A stretch of DNA of 64,000 bases from Podarcis muralis (taxonomy: Eukaryota): positions 42,718,001 to 42,782,000 of the forward strand of contig NC_135665.1 of the NCBI RefSeq assembly GCF_964188315.1, read 5' to 3'. A program made the translations under genes and the position numbers. The notes under the pieces were generated by a model. It was not told the DNA's origin and searched no databases. It worked only from the letters and a program-made list of their open reading frames with translations. The stretch's first letter is position 1. Every line of letters starts with the position of its first letter. Below are positions 1 through 12,324 of the stretch, one piece after another.

Positions 1-420
1 CATGTTGAGCAGGCCCAGGGGCAAAAGTGGATGGAACAATTAATGTGAATGTTTCTTTAGTGTGGTAGGCTAGTTTCTGTATAACCCCTCTCTCTGCCTT
101 CCATTGAGGTTAGCAAGAATAATTACCAGAGTTCAAGGATACACTCAAGCCAGGCAAAACACCTCCCAGTGGATGCAAAGCAAGGCTCACGAAGGGTGTG
201 GCCTAGTGAGAGTCGCAAGGACAAACAACAACAACAACAAAAAACCTGCCTTCCACACAGTCTCAAATAAGATTCTAAATTTGGTTTTCTTTGTGGATTT
301 AATTAAGACTTCGCCCTGCCACAGGCACACATAATTTGAGAATGGGTATACAGTAGCATAGTGGTAAATTCTGAAGGGCAAGTACACTTTATGGCAACTC
401 CCATAGCTATGATCCTTCTA

Positions 421-775
421 AGGTAAAGGTAAAGGGACCCCTGACCCTTAGGTCCAGTCGTGGCCGACTCTGGGGTTGCGGCGCTCATCTTGCTTTATTG
501 GCCGAGGGAGCCGGTTTACAGCTTCTGGGTCATGTGGCAAGCATGACTAAGCCGTTTCTGGCGAACCAGAGCAGCGCACGGAAACGCTGTTTACCTTCCC
601 GCTGGAGCGGTACCTATTTATCTACTTGCACTTTGACGTGCTTTCGAACTGCTAGGTTGGCAGGAGCAAAGACCGAGCAATAGGAGCTCACCCCGTCACG
701 GGGATTCGAACTGCCGACCTTCTGATCAGCAAGTCCTAGGCTCTGTGGTTTAACCCACAGTGCCACCTGTGTCCC
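421..775 (-). mobile_element. Sauria SINE, near full length
   Basis: tRNA-like head GGGAC(G)CGGGTGGCGCTGTGGGTTAAACC and (ACCTTT)n tail on the minus strand. Confidence 0.9.
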
Positions 776-2247
776 TTCAAAGACTGTACAGCAAAAATGT
801 TTTATTTTTTTAACTAATGATGAAATTATAGTCCTGATAGCAAACCAGCTTTTTCCACCACCCCTCCCCCTTGCTTAATGATCAGTCTGATCAAATAGCT
901 TGCACACTGTTTTGTGACATTTTAGTTGGGCATAATAAAAGGGGCAGTTTAACCATTAGTGATGCACAGAAGCAGCTCCATTATAGTTCAACTACTTTTT
1001 AGCTACACAGCTTAACACCAAGGTTGCAGGTCTGATCCCCATATGGGACAGCTGCCTATTCCTGCATTGCGGGGGGTTTGGAGTAGATGTTCTTCAAGGT
1101 TCCTTCCAACTCCTGTGATTCTATTATCTTTTATATGCTTTCAGCTCTCTGTATTCTATCAGTGTTTGTTTTAATTTTTGTGAGCCACCTTGAGTCCTGG
1201 TTGTGAGAGATAGGCAGGATCTAAATAAATGAACAAGTAAGTACAGTAGTAAGTTAGTAAGTGGAAGTGCTTTGTCCCTCCTAATCTACTGTATCACTGG
1301 CTGATGATACAGAAGCATCAGAAATAGTCCTATTCCAACTCAGTTTGAGGCCTCTAGAAATACATGGCTGCAATTTCCTCTCTGATCACTAGATGTCCTC
1401 TTCCTTCTTCACAATGCAACTTCTGCTTCTGTAGAAAACTTGGTTCTTACAGCAATCATGGCAGCTGTAGCTGAATGATTTGCATGAGGTAAATCACACT
1501 AGGCCTACAAACGGTAAGCTCAGGTTCAAATCCCTGCTGAGCCATGAAGTACAAGGTGGCTTTAGCAAGGCACATTCACTCCATTTAAATCTTCCTTGCA
1601 TGGTTGCCGTTGGGCTGAAGTGCTCCTCTGAGCAACTTGGAAGAAAGATAGGATATACATGAAACAAATGAAATAAGCAAATGATTGGGTTGTTTCCAAG
1701 AGGAAACAATTCTCTGACCCCATTTGCCAGTGCTAACATAGTGCTCCCCATCCACGTACCTTCTAATTATTTTGAGCATTAAATGCTAGCTCTCTTCTCT
1801 GCCAAGTCATAAGGCTGTTAGTGCTGCTGTTCATGTAGCTTGTGGTTCTAGCAATGTAAGAAGAATCGGGTGACTATTTGTGAGCTTTTCCATGCTGCTG
1901 TAGACATTGACTCATAGGCAGGAAGATGTCACGGTACGCTTCTGTGTGGAAACAGAGATTCGAGCTTGAAGTAGAATTTTGCAAATTTTTGCCTCATTGG
2001 CATCTTGGAATGCCCACAATGAGTGCAATTTAAATTGATCTAAGTAAACTTCCAAACCCCCCACAGAAGAAGCCCTGAGCCACAGGGGAAGGTTTGCAAC
2101 AGCCCTGACTAAAGTTTGCTTTCTTAGCTGGAGGGAATCAAAGCAAGGCCCAAGGCCCAGAAAAGGTGGTTTGAGGCTGGCATCATGTACCCGCCTGCCT
2201 ACTAGGATGGCCATGTGTCCTACTTTACAGGAAACAGTCCTGTGAAG

Positions 2248-2432
2248 GGTCATAGATCGGTGGTAGAGCATCTGCTTTGCATGCAAAGGGTTGCAGGTTC
2301 AATCCCTGGCATCTCCAGGTAGGGCTGGGAGAGAACCCTATCTGAAACCCTGGAGAGCCACTGCCAATCAGTGTAAACAATACTGATCTAGATGGATCAG
2401 GAGTCTTACTCAGTGTAAGGCAGCTTCCTGTG
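2248..2432 (+). mobile_element. Old tRNA-Ala-like SINE (related copies near 9830, 11548, 32110, 33300, 60175)
   Basis: GGTGGTAGAGCATCTGCTTTGCATGCAAAGGGTTGCAGGTTCAATCCCTGGCATCTCCA head followed by a shared body ending TAAGGCAGCTTCCT. Confidence 0.65.
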
Positions 2433-2597
2433 TCCCTGTGACTTATATTTGGGCTATGCAGTCCAAATATGGTTTAAACATTAAAAGACATAAGGAGGGG
2501 GAGCATGGGGATGGAAGTCACCCATCCATAGTTCATGGCAATCTGAGCAGGCAGGTACACAGCTTACCTGGTCGAAGTCTTGTTCCCCACTATGATA

Positions 2598-2800
2598 ATC
2601 ATAGAATCATAGAATTGTAGAGTTGGAAGGGACCCCAAGGGTCCTCTAGTCCAGCCCCCTGCAGTGCAGGAGCCTCAGCTAAAGCCGTCACAACAGATGG
2701 CTATCCAACCTCTGCTTAAGAACTTCCAAGGAAGGAGAGTCCACCACCTCCCATGGGAAATGTATTGCATTCTGCTGGAATACCTTTCTGTTTTAAGTTA
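2598..2800 (-). mobile_element. CR1 LINE 3' end (similar tails near 1060, 5015, 10930, 20060, 25316, 25850, 36520)
   Basis: CCCTTCCAACTCTACAATTCTATGATTCTATGAT, the CR1 (ATTCTATG)n terminus. Confidence 0.85.
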
Positions 2801-3901
2801 AAGTTATTGCTTCTAAAAGAATCTGTGCGGATAATTTTATGCAAATCCACACCCCCTTTTGCCTCTCTTTTTGGTGACACGTAACAGGCCCATTCTCCCT
2901 GTGGGTTGTTTTCAACAGAGCCGCTAAGCAACATCCAAAGACACCAGTTAAACTGTGTGAAATTCAGCATCCTGCCCATTTACATAAATGATTGTTTTCT
3001 TTCAGCTTCAATGTGTGACAAATTAGCACCTAATTATGCTTCTTTTGGAAGATGCCAAGAATGAAAAGGTGTGTGTATGTGGGAAGAAAGATACTACTTT
3101 TCTGGAGCCATTTTCTTATTTCTGTCTTTCTTCCTGACACTGATGGTGTAGCAGCTGCATGAACCCTGACAAAATGTGAAGGAAAACAGGAACTACGGTA
3201 CCTTATACCAAGTTAGACTATTGGGATGTCTGGCTCAGGACTGTATACCATTCCTGGCAGTGGCACTCCAGCCTTTCAGACAGGGGGTGTTCCCTGCCTA
3301 CCCACAGATGCTGGGGACTTAACCTGGGATCATCTTCTGTGTGCAAAAGAGATGCACTACGTCAAAGCATCGATACTTCCCCAAATACTGTAACAAAACC
3401 TGTCTTCTATAAAGTATAGAAGGAGACCTCCATAGGAGAGGAGTACTTGGAGACAGTGTTGAGGTCTTCGGAGGCCTCTCTGTGCATTCCAATGTAATAC
3501 TGGCCTGCTTTAGTGAAACACTAGAAGACCCTTCAGTCTACTAAGGAAATTAAGGCTACAGATTTTGCTTACCGTACTTGAATGTAGAGAGCAACCTCAG
3601 ATTTTTCACATTCTGAGGATGTGTCTCACCTGTCATTGCGGTGAGAATGTAATGACAAACTGAGAAACTGTCATGGCATGTTCAGCCATTCACAGATTTT
3701 GGAGCACTACTGAGATAATGAGGAACCACCATGGAAGAAGTGGACAATCAGCCCTTCCTGTTAGCTAGGCCCCTTTACCTGGAGCAAGGCCTGCTAATGA
3801 GTAAAACACTGGCCATGAACAGGATTCTGCTTGCGAGTAGAGAGAGAAATAGGATATGAATCTTCTCTCCAGTTGATGCTAAAGATGTCCAAAGCTCTTT
3901 G

Positions 3902-4166
3902 TGTTAAGTTGTGGGTGAACATATCAGACAACACAGCGATTCTTCAAACAGCTCTTGTTTATTCACAGGCCAGAACTGAACTGAACTGAAGGGTTCAGCC
4001 AGCCTGCTTATATAGAGCTCCACTAGAACGCAACAGTAACTATTTTCTGTAACTATCCAATCACTGAATGTCACTTTCAATCCCTTATTTGCATATGTGG
4101 ACCTGAGTGAAAACTATCTACAAGTATCCCCCTGCTGGCCCAGGGTGAGAACTTCAGTACATAACA
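3902..4166 (-). mobile_element. Solo LTR (265 bp)
   Basis: TGTTA...TAACA ends; perfect 5-bp TSD CTTTG; minus-strand TATA (4007-4015) and AATAAA (3958-3963). Confidence 0.85.
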
Positions 4167-4328
4167 CTTTGCTTTCAAGGCACTATTTCCTGGATAGGTT
4201 CTGTTGGAATTAGGCACAGTATTTACATAACAAATTTCTTTCTATTGTATTTACAGAGAACAAATTTTTCATGGATTATGACCCTTGTTTTTGAAGTCAG
4301 ATGGACCTAGTTGTATATCACCCTATAG

Positions 4329-4654
4329 AATACCCTCCAACATTTCTCCGATGAAAATAGGGACATCCCATTCCATGATTTTACTATTTATACCTCACAC
4401 ATCTTACTGGGTTGCCCCAGCCACTCTGGGCAGCTTCCAACATATATAAAAACATAATAAAACATTTAACGTTAAAAAACTTCCCTATATTCAGACAGCC
4501 CAGGGGTCAGATAACTTCATACCCTCCAGCATTTCTCCAATGAAAATAGGGACATCCTAAGGAAAAGCGGGACATTCCAGGATTAAATCAGAAGGCAGGA
4601 GGGCTTCTCTAAATCAGGGACATCCCTGGAAAATAGGGACACTTGGAGGGTCTG
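4329..4654 (+). mobile_element. Non-autonomous DNA transposon with 6-bp TSD, copy 1
   Basis: Ends (A)ATACCCTCCA...TGGAGGGTCTG; TSD CTATAG at 4323-4328 and 4655-4660; repeated AAAATAGGGAC subterminal motif. Confidence 0.8.
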
Positions 4655-6639
4655 CTATAGTAAGTACATAAATATGTTTTATCATAGACCTGGCTTGCCA
4701 ATATGAGGATACTGTGGTGGTTGATGTTCGCAGCACCTGACACTCAAATGTGTACTACTGCCTCAGAAAAAAATAGGTGTTGGTGGTACACAGATTAGAA
4801 TGTTAGCTATCCCCTGTAAGCTGAGATGTCTATCAGAACATTGTATTTATTATTTTGCATATTGAGAGATAAATGGTTTTGTCTACATTTTTGCAAATAT
4901 CTTAAAGAGGAAAAGGAAGTCAAGGCATTTTAACATAATGTTAGTTGATATTTGTACTTCATCACAACAGTTGTTGTTTTTTAAAAAAGATACAATTGCA
5001 GAACAGTTAGGAAACAGAGAATCATAGAGTTGGAAGGGACAGCATGGGTCATCTAGTCCAACCCCCTGCAATGCAAGAATATTTTGCCCAACGTGGGGCT
5101 CAAACCCATCACCCTTAGATTAAGAACCTTATGCTCCAGTTAGGAAGAAGCATATCAAGTTGCATCATACTGAATCAGACCATGTCTACACTAGAGGCAA
5201 CAGCTCTCTAGGCTTTCAGATGGTGAGTCTCTTCAGGTCTATTTCTATACCTGGAGATAAATTTCACAGACTGTAATAATTACAATAAACTCAAAATGAA
5301 CACCTTTCATCATTTCCCCCACTATATTTTCTGCAGCAGAACATTAGCGAGTGTTTTGTTCCTTGATGCAGAGCCCACATTAATGGTATATTTTCCACTT
5401 GCACTTTATTCCTTATTCTGAAGCTGATTCCACCTAATCAGCAACAAAGGATCAAAAGCACAGGAAGGAGAGACATAAATATTTAAAACCTTTACTTGCA
5501 AGCAGGAAAAGGCTGGCCATTTTTTAAAAAGCAGGCCTGAAGCTCTGCTTGAGATACAAAACTGCTCTGTTGATCTTTGTTTGACATTTTTAGGTTTATA
5601 TAACGTGTGGCTCTAGCGGCTGTATCTCTGGAGCCGATCTGAAGCTTCGCACGGTGGGTTGTCAGTATGTTTTTATTTCGGGTGGGGAGAGGGAAGGGAG
5701 AGCAATGACTGCTTTATTCGAAGATGGGGAAACCTATGACCTTCCAGATGTTGTTGGGACTCCAACTCCCATCAGCCCCAGGAAAGAACCCAGAGGTGAT
5801 GGATGTTCAGGTGGAAACTTTTCCATTTAATCATTCAAGGCATGACTTGGAATCTAGCACCACCATGAGTTCAGAAAGCAAAAGGCAGATTGAGTACTTC
5901 CTAACTAAAATAGCACTTCCTTGTAATTTGTGGGTCTCTTTTGCAATAAGGTTTTATTATCTTTTCTAAACACATATTCACACGAGTAATTCATTCAGCA
6001 ATCAGGCTGCAAATGTGTCGCTTTAAGAGGTTAATGCTCTACTAACAAACATTGAATAACGATATGCTTTGTAACCTTAACACGATTTTCTTCTTGACAC
6101 ATTTTTATTCTGTGCGCAAATCAACAATCTGTAAGAACAATGGAAATGTTCCGATGGAAATGATCCGGGTTGTGTTGTGAGTTTTAATATGACGTTCAGG
6201 GCCAGCCCTAAATGGATGCTGGGGTGCGGGGTGAGGAATGACGTAAGAACTGCATGTGTCACAGAGACGGCTTTACACTCCCTAAACCAGCCTGCTGTCC
6301 TGTCACCAGTGTTGAAATCAGATTCAACTGGCAGTCTGGTTGGTTTCCAGAAGTGGAATTAGGTGAGAGAGGGCACCATCTGTCTTTCGCCTGATGCAGC
6401 AGCATATGACCCTGATCAAATTCCAGTGATCTTATTACCTAACAGACTCAAGCGAACTTTTATTAAATCACCATAAACACTCTGACGCTTTGGCATTGGC
6501 TTTATTATGATATGATCTCTGCATTCATTTCAATCCAACTTTTTATTTGTGCTGTAAGCCGGGAGTGTAAAGGCTGTGAATGTTTTGAGATGAGGGTTAT
6601 ATATACAGATGTCTGAAGACCTAGAACAGGATCTGGATT

Positions 6640-6960
6640 ACAAATAAAAACACCAATTTGTATAAGAAGTGGAAGGAAAATAAAGGATATTTAGATAAAT
6701 GGAATAAATTGAACTTGTCTCTATGGGGAAGGATATCCCCATATGCTAGGATTGAGATGATAAGGAACACAGGAAGATACAATGAGATGTAAAGGAGGGG
6801 CTGTGGGATTGGTGGAAGTCTAGGTTTGTTTGTTTTTTAGTGTTTATATTATTAATTTGTAAGATTTGTTTTTGTTTTTCATAAGCTTGTTTTTGTGTTT
6901 TGTGTAATTGTTATTTTCTGTGGAAAATATTAATAAAATTTATTTTAAAAAATTAAAAGA
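6640..6960 (+). mobile_element. L1/Tx1-type LINE 3' remnant
   Basis: Encodes LDKWNKLNLSLWGRIS (L1 ORF2-like), then a T-rich 3'UTR, AATAAA and an A-rich tail. Confidence 0.7.
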
Positions 6961-6976
6961 AGAAGAAAGCCTAGAA

Positions 6977-7229
6977 CAGGGGCAGGCAACCTAAGGCCCA
7001 GGGGCTGGATGCGACCCAATTGCCTTCTAAATCCGACTCATGGATGGTCCAGGAATCAGCGTGTTTTTACATGAGTGGAATGTGTGCTTTTATTTAAAAT
7101 GCATCTCTGGGTTATTTGTGGAGCATAGGAATTTGTTCACCCCCCCCCCCGAAATATAGTCCGGCCCCCAACAAGGTCTGAGGGACAGTGCTGAAAGGTT
7201 CTCCCTGCTGAAAAAGTTTACTGATCCCG
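6977..7229. mobile_element. hAT-type MITE
   Basis: CAGGGGCAGGCAACC end; 8-bp TSD GCCTAGAA/ACCTAGAA; homologous to the 11579 copy. Confidence 0.8.
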
Positions 7230-7559
7230 ACCTAGAAGCTGGGGTATACATAGTGTATTGGTGGTTGGGTGGAGAGGAGGAAGGCTTAATTTACTGCTAT
7301 GAACTAATGGTAGGGGGAATTTTTCCTTATTATCACATCTGTGTGGGCATGCGCACATTGGTGTTTGTGCATGTGCTCATGAGCTTTGCTAATTGTACAA
7401 GCAACAGGCTGGTGCAGCATTGTAAAAGGTTATCTCCATTGGCATTTTTTATAATCACAAGCATGAGGCCCTCGGTTGACATCTGTGTGCTATGTCCATA
7501 TGCATAGAACTTACCAGCCCCCTTCAGCCTTCAATAGAGCACGTGTGGATGTAAAATAG

Positions 7560-7910
7560 TGAGTGAAATAGTGAGCGGGAAAAGTGACCGAGGTTCCATT
7601 GTAGCAAATTCCCTAATTCTTGTGAAGTACTTGTGAAGAAGTACTTACTTTTGTCTGTCCTGAATCTTCCAACATTCAGCTTCATTGTATTTTGAGAAAC
7701 GGAGAAAAACCAGCCTCTCTCCACACACACTGCATAGTTTTATATGACTCCATCATGTCGTTATTCACCTAAACTGAAATGCTCCAATTATTGCAACCTT
7801 CCCTTGGAGGGGAGTTGCTGCAACCCAACCCCTGGACCATTTTGGTTGCCCTTTTAGGAACCTTTTCCAGCTCCATAATATCCGTTTTCGAGGTCAGCCG
7901 ACCAGAACTA
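7560..7910 (-). mobile_element. CR1 LINE ORF2 remnant
   Basis: KLNVGRFRTDKSKYFFT motif in ORF 7524-7730; a similar GRFKMDKRKYLFTQ motif lies at about 33830-33890 (+). Confidence 0.75.
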
Positions 7911-8464
7911 TATGCCGTTAGAATTTCCCTGTAGACCTTTCTGCTAAATATGTGAAGGTCAGGCGAGGGGACGGGTCTTTTATCAGGGTTGCATTTGTGT
8001 TAAAAAGGGGGAGGCGGAGTGTGCCATTTCAATGAAGGAAAGGTAGAGCAAACCATATATATATGACGGGTGAAATAAAATCAGAGAGGTGATTAAAGCC
8101 TTCCTAGCTCTCTGAAGCAGCCTTAGGTAGGAGCTGTCAGAACAGGTCAGGCAGTGAAAGCATCACAATCTGATGCTTGAGTGCGCTTGAATCTGTGCCA
8201 GTCTTTACTGTAGATGGAACATGTTATCTATTAATACATTAATGTGAAAGTCTTCAGGACCTTGTTTTGCTTTACATCAAGGTGAAGCGCCTCAGCAACT
8301 ACGAATTGAAATTTTAAACGCAATGAATCAATCTAAGCTGCCATCGTTACCCACCTGAAATTCAAGAGCTACGACTTGGGGGGGGGGAGGGGATGATGAC
8401 GACGGCGACGATTTACATTACATTATAATGAATCACCTTTAGGATTTTGGTAACTCCCTTCATA

Positions 8465-8815
8465 GGGACGCGGGTGGCGCTGTGGGTTAAACCACAGAGC
8501 CTAGGACTTGCTGACCAGAAGGTCAGCGGTTCGAATCCGCGTGATGGGGTGAGCTCCCGTTGCTCGGTCCCTGCTCCTGCCAACCTAGCAGTTCGAAAGC
8601 ACGTCAAAGTGCAAGTAGATAAATAGGTACCGCTCCGGCGGGAAGGTAAACAGCGTTTCCGTGCACTGCTCTGGTTCGCCAGAAGCAGCTTAGTCATGCT
8701 GGCCACATGACCCAGAAGCTGTGCGCCGGCTCCCTCGGCCAATAAAGCGAGATGAGCGCCGCAACCCCAGAGTCGTCCGTGACTGGACCTAATGGTCAGG
8801 GGTCCCTTTACCTTT
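8465..8815 (+). mobile_element. Sauria SINE, full length
   Basis: Same consensus as 421-775; about 13-bp TSD TAACTCCCTTCAT on both sides. Confidence 0.92.
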
Positions 8816-9016
8816 AACTCCCTTCATCCTATGGGAGCAATCCTGCTTCTGCAATGCTGCCTGTGCAGCTGTGTGCTTATAGGCCCCAGTACATTGTCTG
8901 TACGTAGGGTCCTCCCTTTGAGGAATGGAAAGGCCCTGGAGGGCATGGAACCTGCGCCACTCTCTTTCTCAAGAGGAGGAGGCAGAGGCTGAGATGCTGA
9001 ACTGGGATGAGGAAGA

Positions 9017-9258
9017 TGGATGGCTTTAAAAGAGGATTGGACAAATTCATGGAGGATAAAGCTATCCATGGCTACTAATCATGATGGCCATGCTCTTTCT
9101 TCACGGTTGGAGGCAGTCCTGCTTCTGAATACCACAAGAGAGGAGAGTGTTCTTGTGCTCAGGTCCCCCTTGAGTGATTCCACCAGCATCTGGGTGGCTG
9201 GTGGGAGAACAGGATGCCGGACTAGATGGGACATTGGTCTGATCCAGCAGGCTCTTCC
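9017..9258 (+). mobile_element. Old CR1-like 3' fragment
   Basis: GATGGCTTTAAAAGAGGATTGGACAAATTCATGGAGG...GGTCTGATCCAGCAGGCTCTT; relatives near 18270, 19490, 34210 and 45060. Confidence 0.6.
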
Positions 9259-9463
9259 ATGAAGATAAAATAGGTTGGGCTGACTCACTTCTCTTTCCTC
9301 CCTGTCTGCCCCCTTTGGCCTTGTCAATGACAGAGACTTGAGTTTGCATTCATACTAGCAATTGCTCCATTGCTGTTTTTTTTAAAAGGACATTCAGGTA
9401 AAAAATTCAATAGGGTGGTAGTTACTAGATCTTTGAGTGCAACCATGCACAAATTTGCACATA

Positions 9464-9707
9464 CAGTGGTACCTCGGGTTACATATGCTTCAGGTTACAT
9501 ATGCTTCGGGTTACAGACTCCGCTAACCCAGAAATAGTACCTCGGTTTTTAAGAACTTTGCTTCAGAATGAGAACAGAAATCGGGCTCCGGCAGCACGGC
9601 AGCAGCAGGAGGCCCCATTAGCTAAAGTGGGGCTTCAGGTTAAGAACAGTTTCAGGTTAAGTACGGACCTCCGGAACGAATTAAGTACTTAACCCGAGGT
9701 ACCACTG
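9464..9707. mobile_element. Tc1/mariner-type MITE
   Basis: TIR CAGTGGTACCTCGGGTTA...TAACCCGAGGTACCACTG; TA TSD. Confidence 0.92.
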
Positions 9708-11578
9708 TATCTTGCACATTTATTGGGTAGTTTTGAGGAGTTAGCAGTACTACTCTTGGAATAGACAATGGCACATTGGCAGTAAGAATGGCATTGGTTC
9801 TTGCTTGATTTGGGAAATATAGCATGGACTAAGTGTGTTTGCTCCTTCCAGAAGGTCCCAGGTTCAATCTCTGGATTGGGAATGTCCCCCATCTGAAAGA
9901 GCTTCTGCCAATCAGTGTAGACAACACTAAGCTAGATGGAAAATTGGTCTGACTTGGTGTAAGGCAGCTTCTTAGGTTCCTCTCAAGGGTCCAAGATGCA
10001 TTATTCTTTCACAGAACAGCTGGTTCTGTAGGGAGGCATTAACTGTTGCCAGCTGATATTGCATGGCCCAGAATCATGGCTGGACAGCTGTCTCTTGTTG
10101 CAATGCCCAGGCTCTGGATTTCCTGCATCAATCAGGGGACTGGGCAGGACTAGAGGGCTTGCAAGCCCTCCCTCCAGCTGTGTGATTCTATGGCTGGCAA
10201 AAAACCGATAATCTTCCACCCAGGGTTTCTCCTCTCCCCATAACCCTTCCTAGTCTAATAGGCATATATAAGAGTTAGTTTAAACAAAGAAAACCTTCTA
10301 TTAACATAAATTACATTGGCTCCATGAGAAGATAAGTGTGTGGCTGGGAATAGATTTGCTGAGTAATAAAGGCACCAGGTTACTTCCCCAATAAAGCCTA
10401 GTGATTAACAAGTCAATTCATTAAGTGTTCCTGCAGACTTCCATTGAGTTCTGTTCTATGGCAGAAGAAAGGCGTTGTGCGCCATTTCAGCGATGAGACG
10501 TACGGTTAATGAGCTGCCCTTAGCAGACCCCAAGAGCCTATGCAAAATATTCCAGATCTAAGGTGGGAGAGGATTCTCATGGAACTGCACCAATCTGTTG
10601 CCACACACAAAAGGCTCAAGCACTTCTTTGTCAAAACTGCACCTGCTGCAACCCAGGGACGACCTCAGGGGACCCGCCATGCTGCTGTATGAATAGAGAG
10701 AAAGGAGAATTAACTTATCAATTAATTCCTTTAAAAAAATAATAATCTTGGATCTGTCTCCTGCTTTTACAGCCTAAGGAGATTCTGGTTTTATTGCAGC
10801 TTCAGATAAAGACAAACCTGAATCCCACATCAACAGTAAAGCCAACCTATAGGAACAGATCATACAAGTTCCATAGCAGTAACAAACTATCCAGCAATTT
10901 CCAGGAATAATTCAAATAGCTATTTCTGCATAGCAGGGGGTTGGACTAGATGATCAGGTCTCTTCCAACTCTATAATTCTATGATACTATGAACATAGCA
11001 AGCTGCCTCCTTAGAGGTCAGAATACTGTTACCAGAATTTATATACTGCTTGACTGTAGCAAAGTCACCAAGCAATTTACAGTTTACAAGGAAAACCTCT
11101 AAGTGGTTTATTTGTCCACCTGTTCCAGTGCAGTTTTCTATTAAGTGTGCTTAAGGATTGTAGCTTTTAGTAAGCAACATATATGACTGAGTAGCTACCT
11201 CTCCACAGAGAACTATTGCACAGTGTTCAAAAGTATTTTGAACTCTGTTTAACCCTGGTATTACTGCACTTTTGACTCGAAGAAATATGTAATCCCGAAT
11301 GTTTTCCATTTCTGCCTTGGCAATGCAAATCGCAAGGATTTTCCTGAATTTCTTAGTATTAACGAAATCTCCTTGTGATAGTAGATTTGATTATGCAATG
11401 AATATTATGCTTAAATGCCATTTTGTGTTTGCCATAGGAAGGATTATCAGGAGTTTGATGTATTTAATGCACTACTTGTATTATACAACAATCCCCATAA
11501 CAATTGTATGATGAATACCCACTGGGTGCTTGATAGATCCTCCCTCTGCTATAGCTCAGTGGTAGAGCACATGCTAAG

Positions 11579-11837
11579 CAGGGGTAGGCAACCTAAGGCC
11601 CGGGGGCCAGATCCGGCCCAATTGCCTTCTCAATCCGGCCCGTGGAATCCGGTCCGGGAACCAGTGTGCTTTTACATGAGTAGAATGTGTGCTTTTATTT
11701 AAAATCCATCTCTGCGTTATTTGTGGGGCACAGGAATTCGTTCATTTCCCACCCCCACCCCCCAAAAATAGTCCAGCCCACCACATGGTTTGAGGGACGG
11801 TGGACCGGCCCACGGCTGGAAAAGGTTGCTGACTCCT
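11579..11837. mobile_element. hAT-type MITE inserted in a tRNA-SINE head
   Basis: Perfect 8-bp TSD ATGCTAAG; it splits GCTCAGTGGTAGAGCAC...CCAGGTTCGATTCCT. Confidence 0.85.
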
Positions 11838-12324
11838 ATGCTAAGGTATGCTGAACATCCCAGGTTCGATTCCTGACATCTCCTGTTAAGCTAAAAAAGA
11901 CCTCAGACTGAAACATAGGAGAGCTAATTTACGTTCCAACTCTACAATCCTATGATTCTATATACATAATACTGAGCTAGATAGACCAGCAATCTGATTT
12001 GGTGTAAAACAGTATCCAGTGTTCATGCAGCACCTTTGATCCAGTGGGCAGTCTACACAACAGAACACCCTTGCTAAACCTGAGCAGGTGTGGAAGAAAG
12101 AGAGGAAAGGAAAATGCTAACTTTGCATTGACTCTAAAATTTTATTTTTGAGTGTGTGGTTTTTTTGGGGGGTGGTGGATAAGGATAAAGCCAGCTTGAG
12201 AGCTTTATTGTAGCCAAATCCACACAACATATAAAAAATGGGATTTCTTACTTATGCTCAATGATGTGTCTAAATTATAAAAGGATATTAGAGTAGGTGC
12301 CAGGCAGGCCTCTGCAGGGTGGGT

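Noticed and set aside
498-683. Recurrent MAEGAG.../MASMTKPLLANQSSARK ORFs (also at 8413, 40276, 49688)
   Set aside because: Antisense readings of Sauria SINE copies, not genes.
2248-2320. tRNA-Ala-like sequences (also at 11548, 32110, 33300)
   Set aside because: Degenerate cloverleafs followed by a shared SINE body; these are SINE heads, not tRNA genes.
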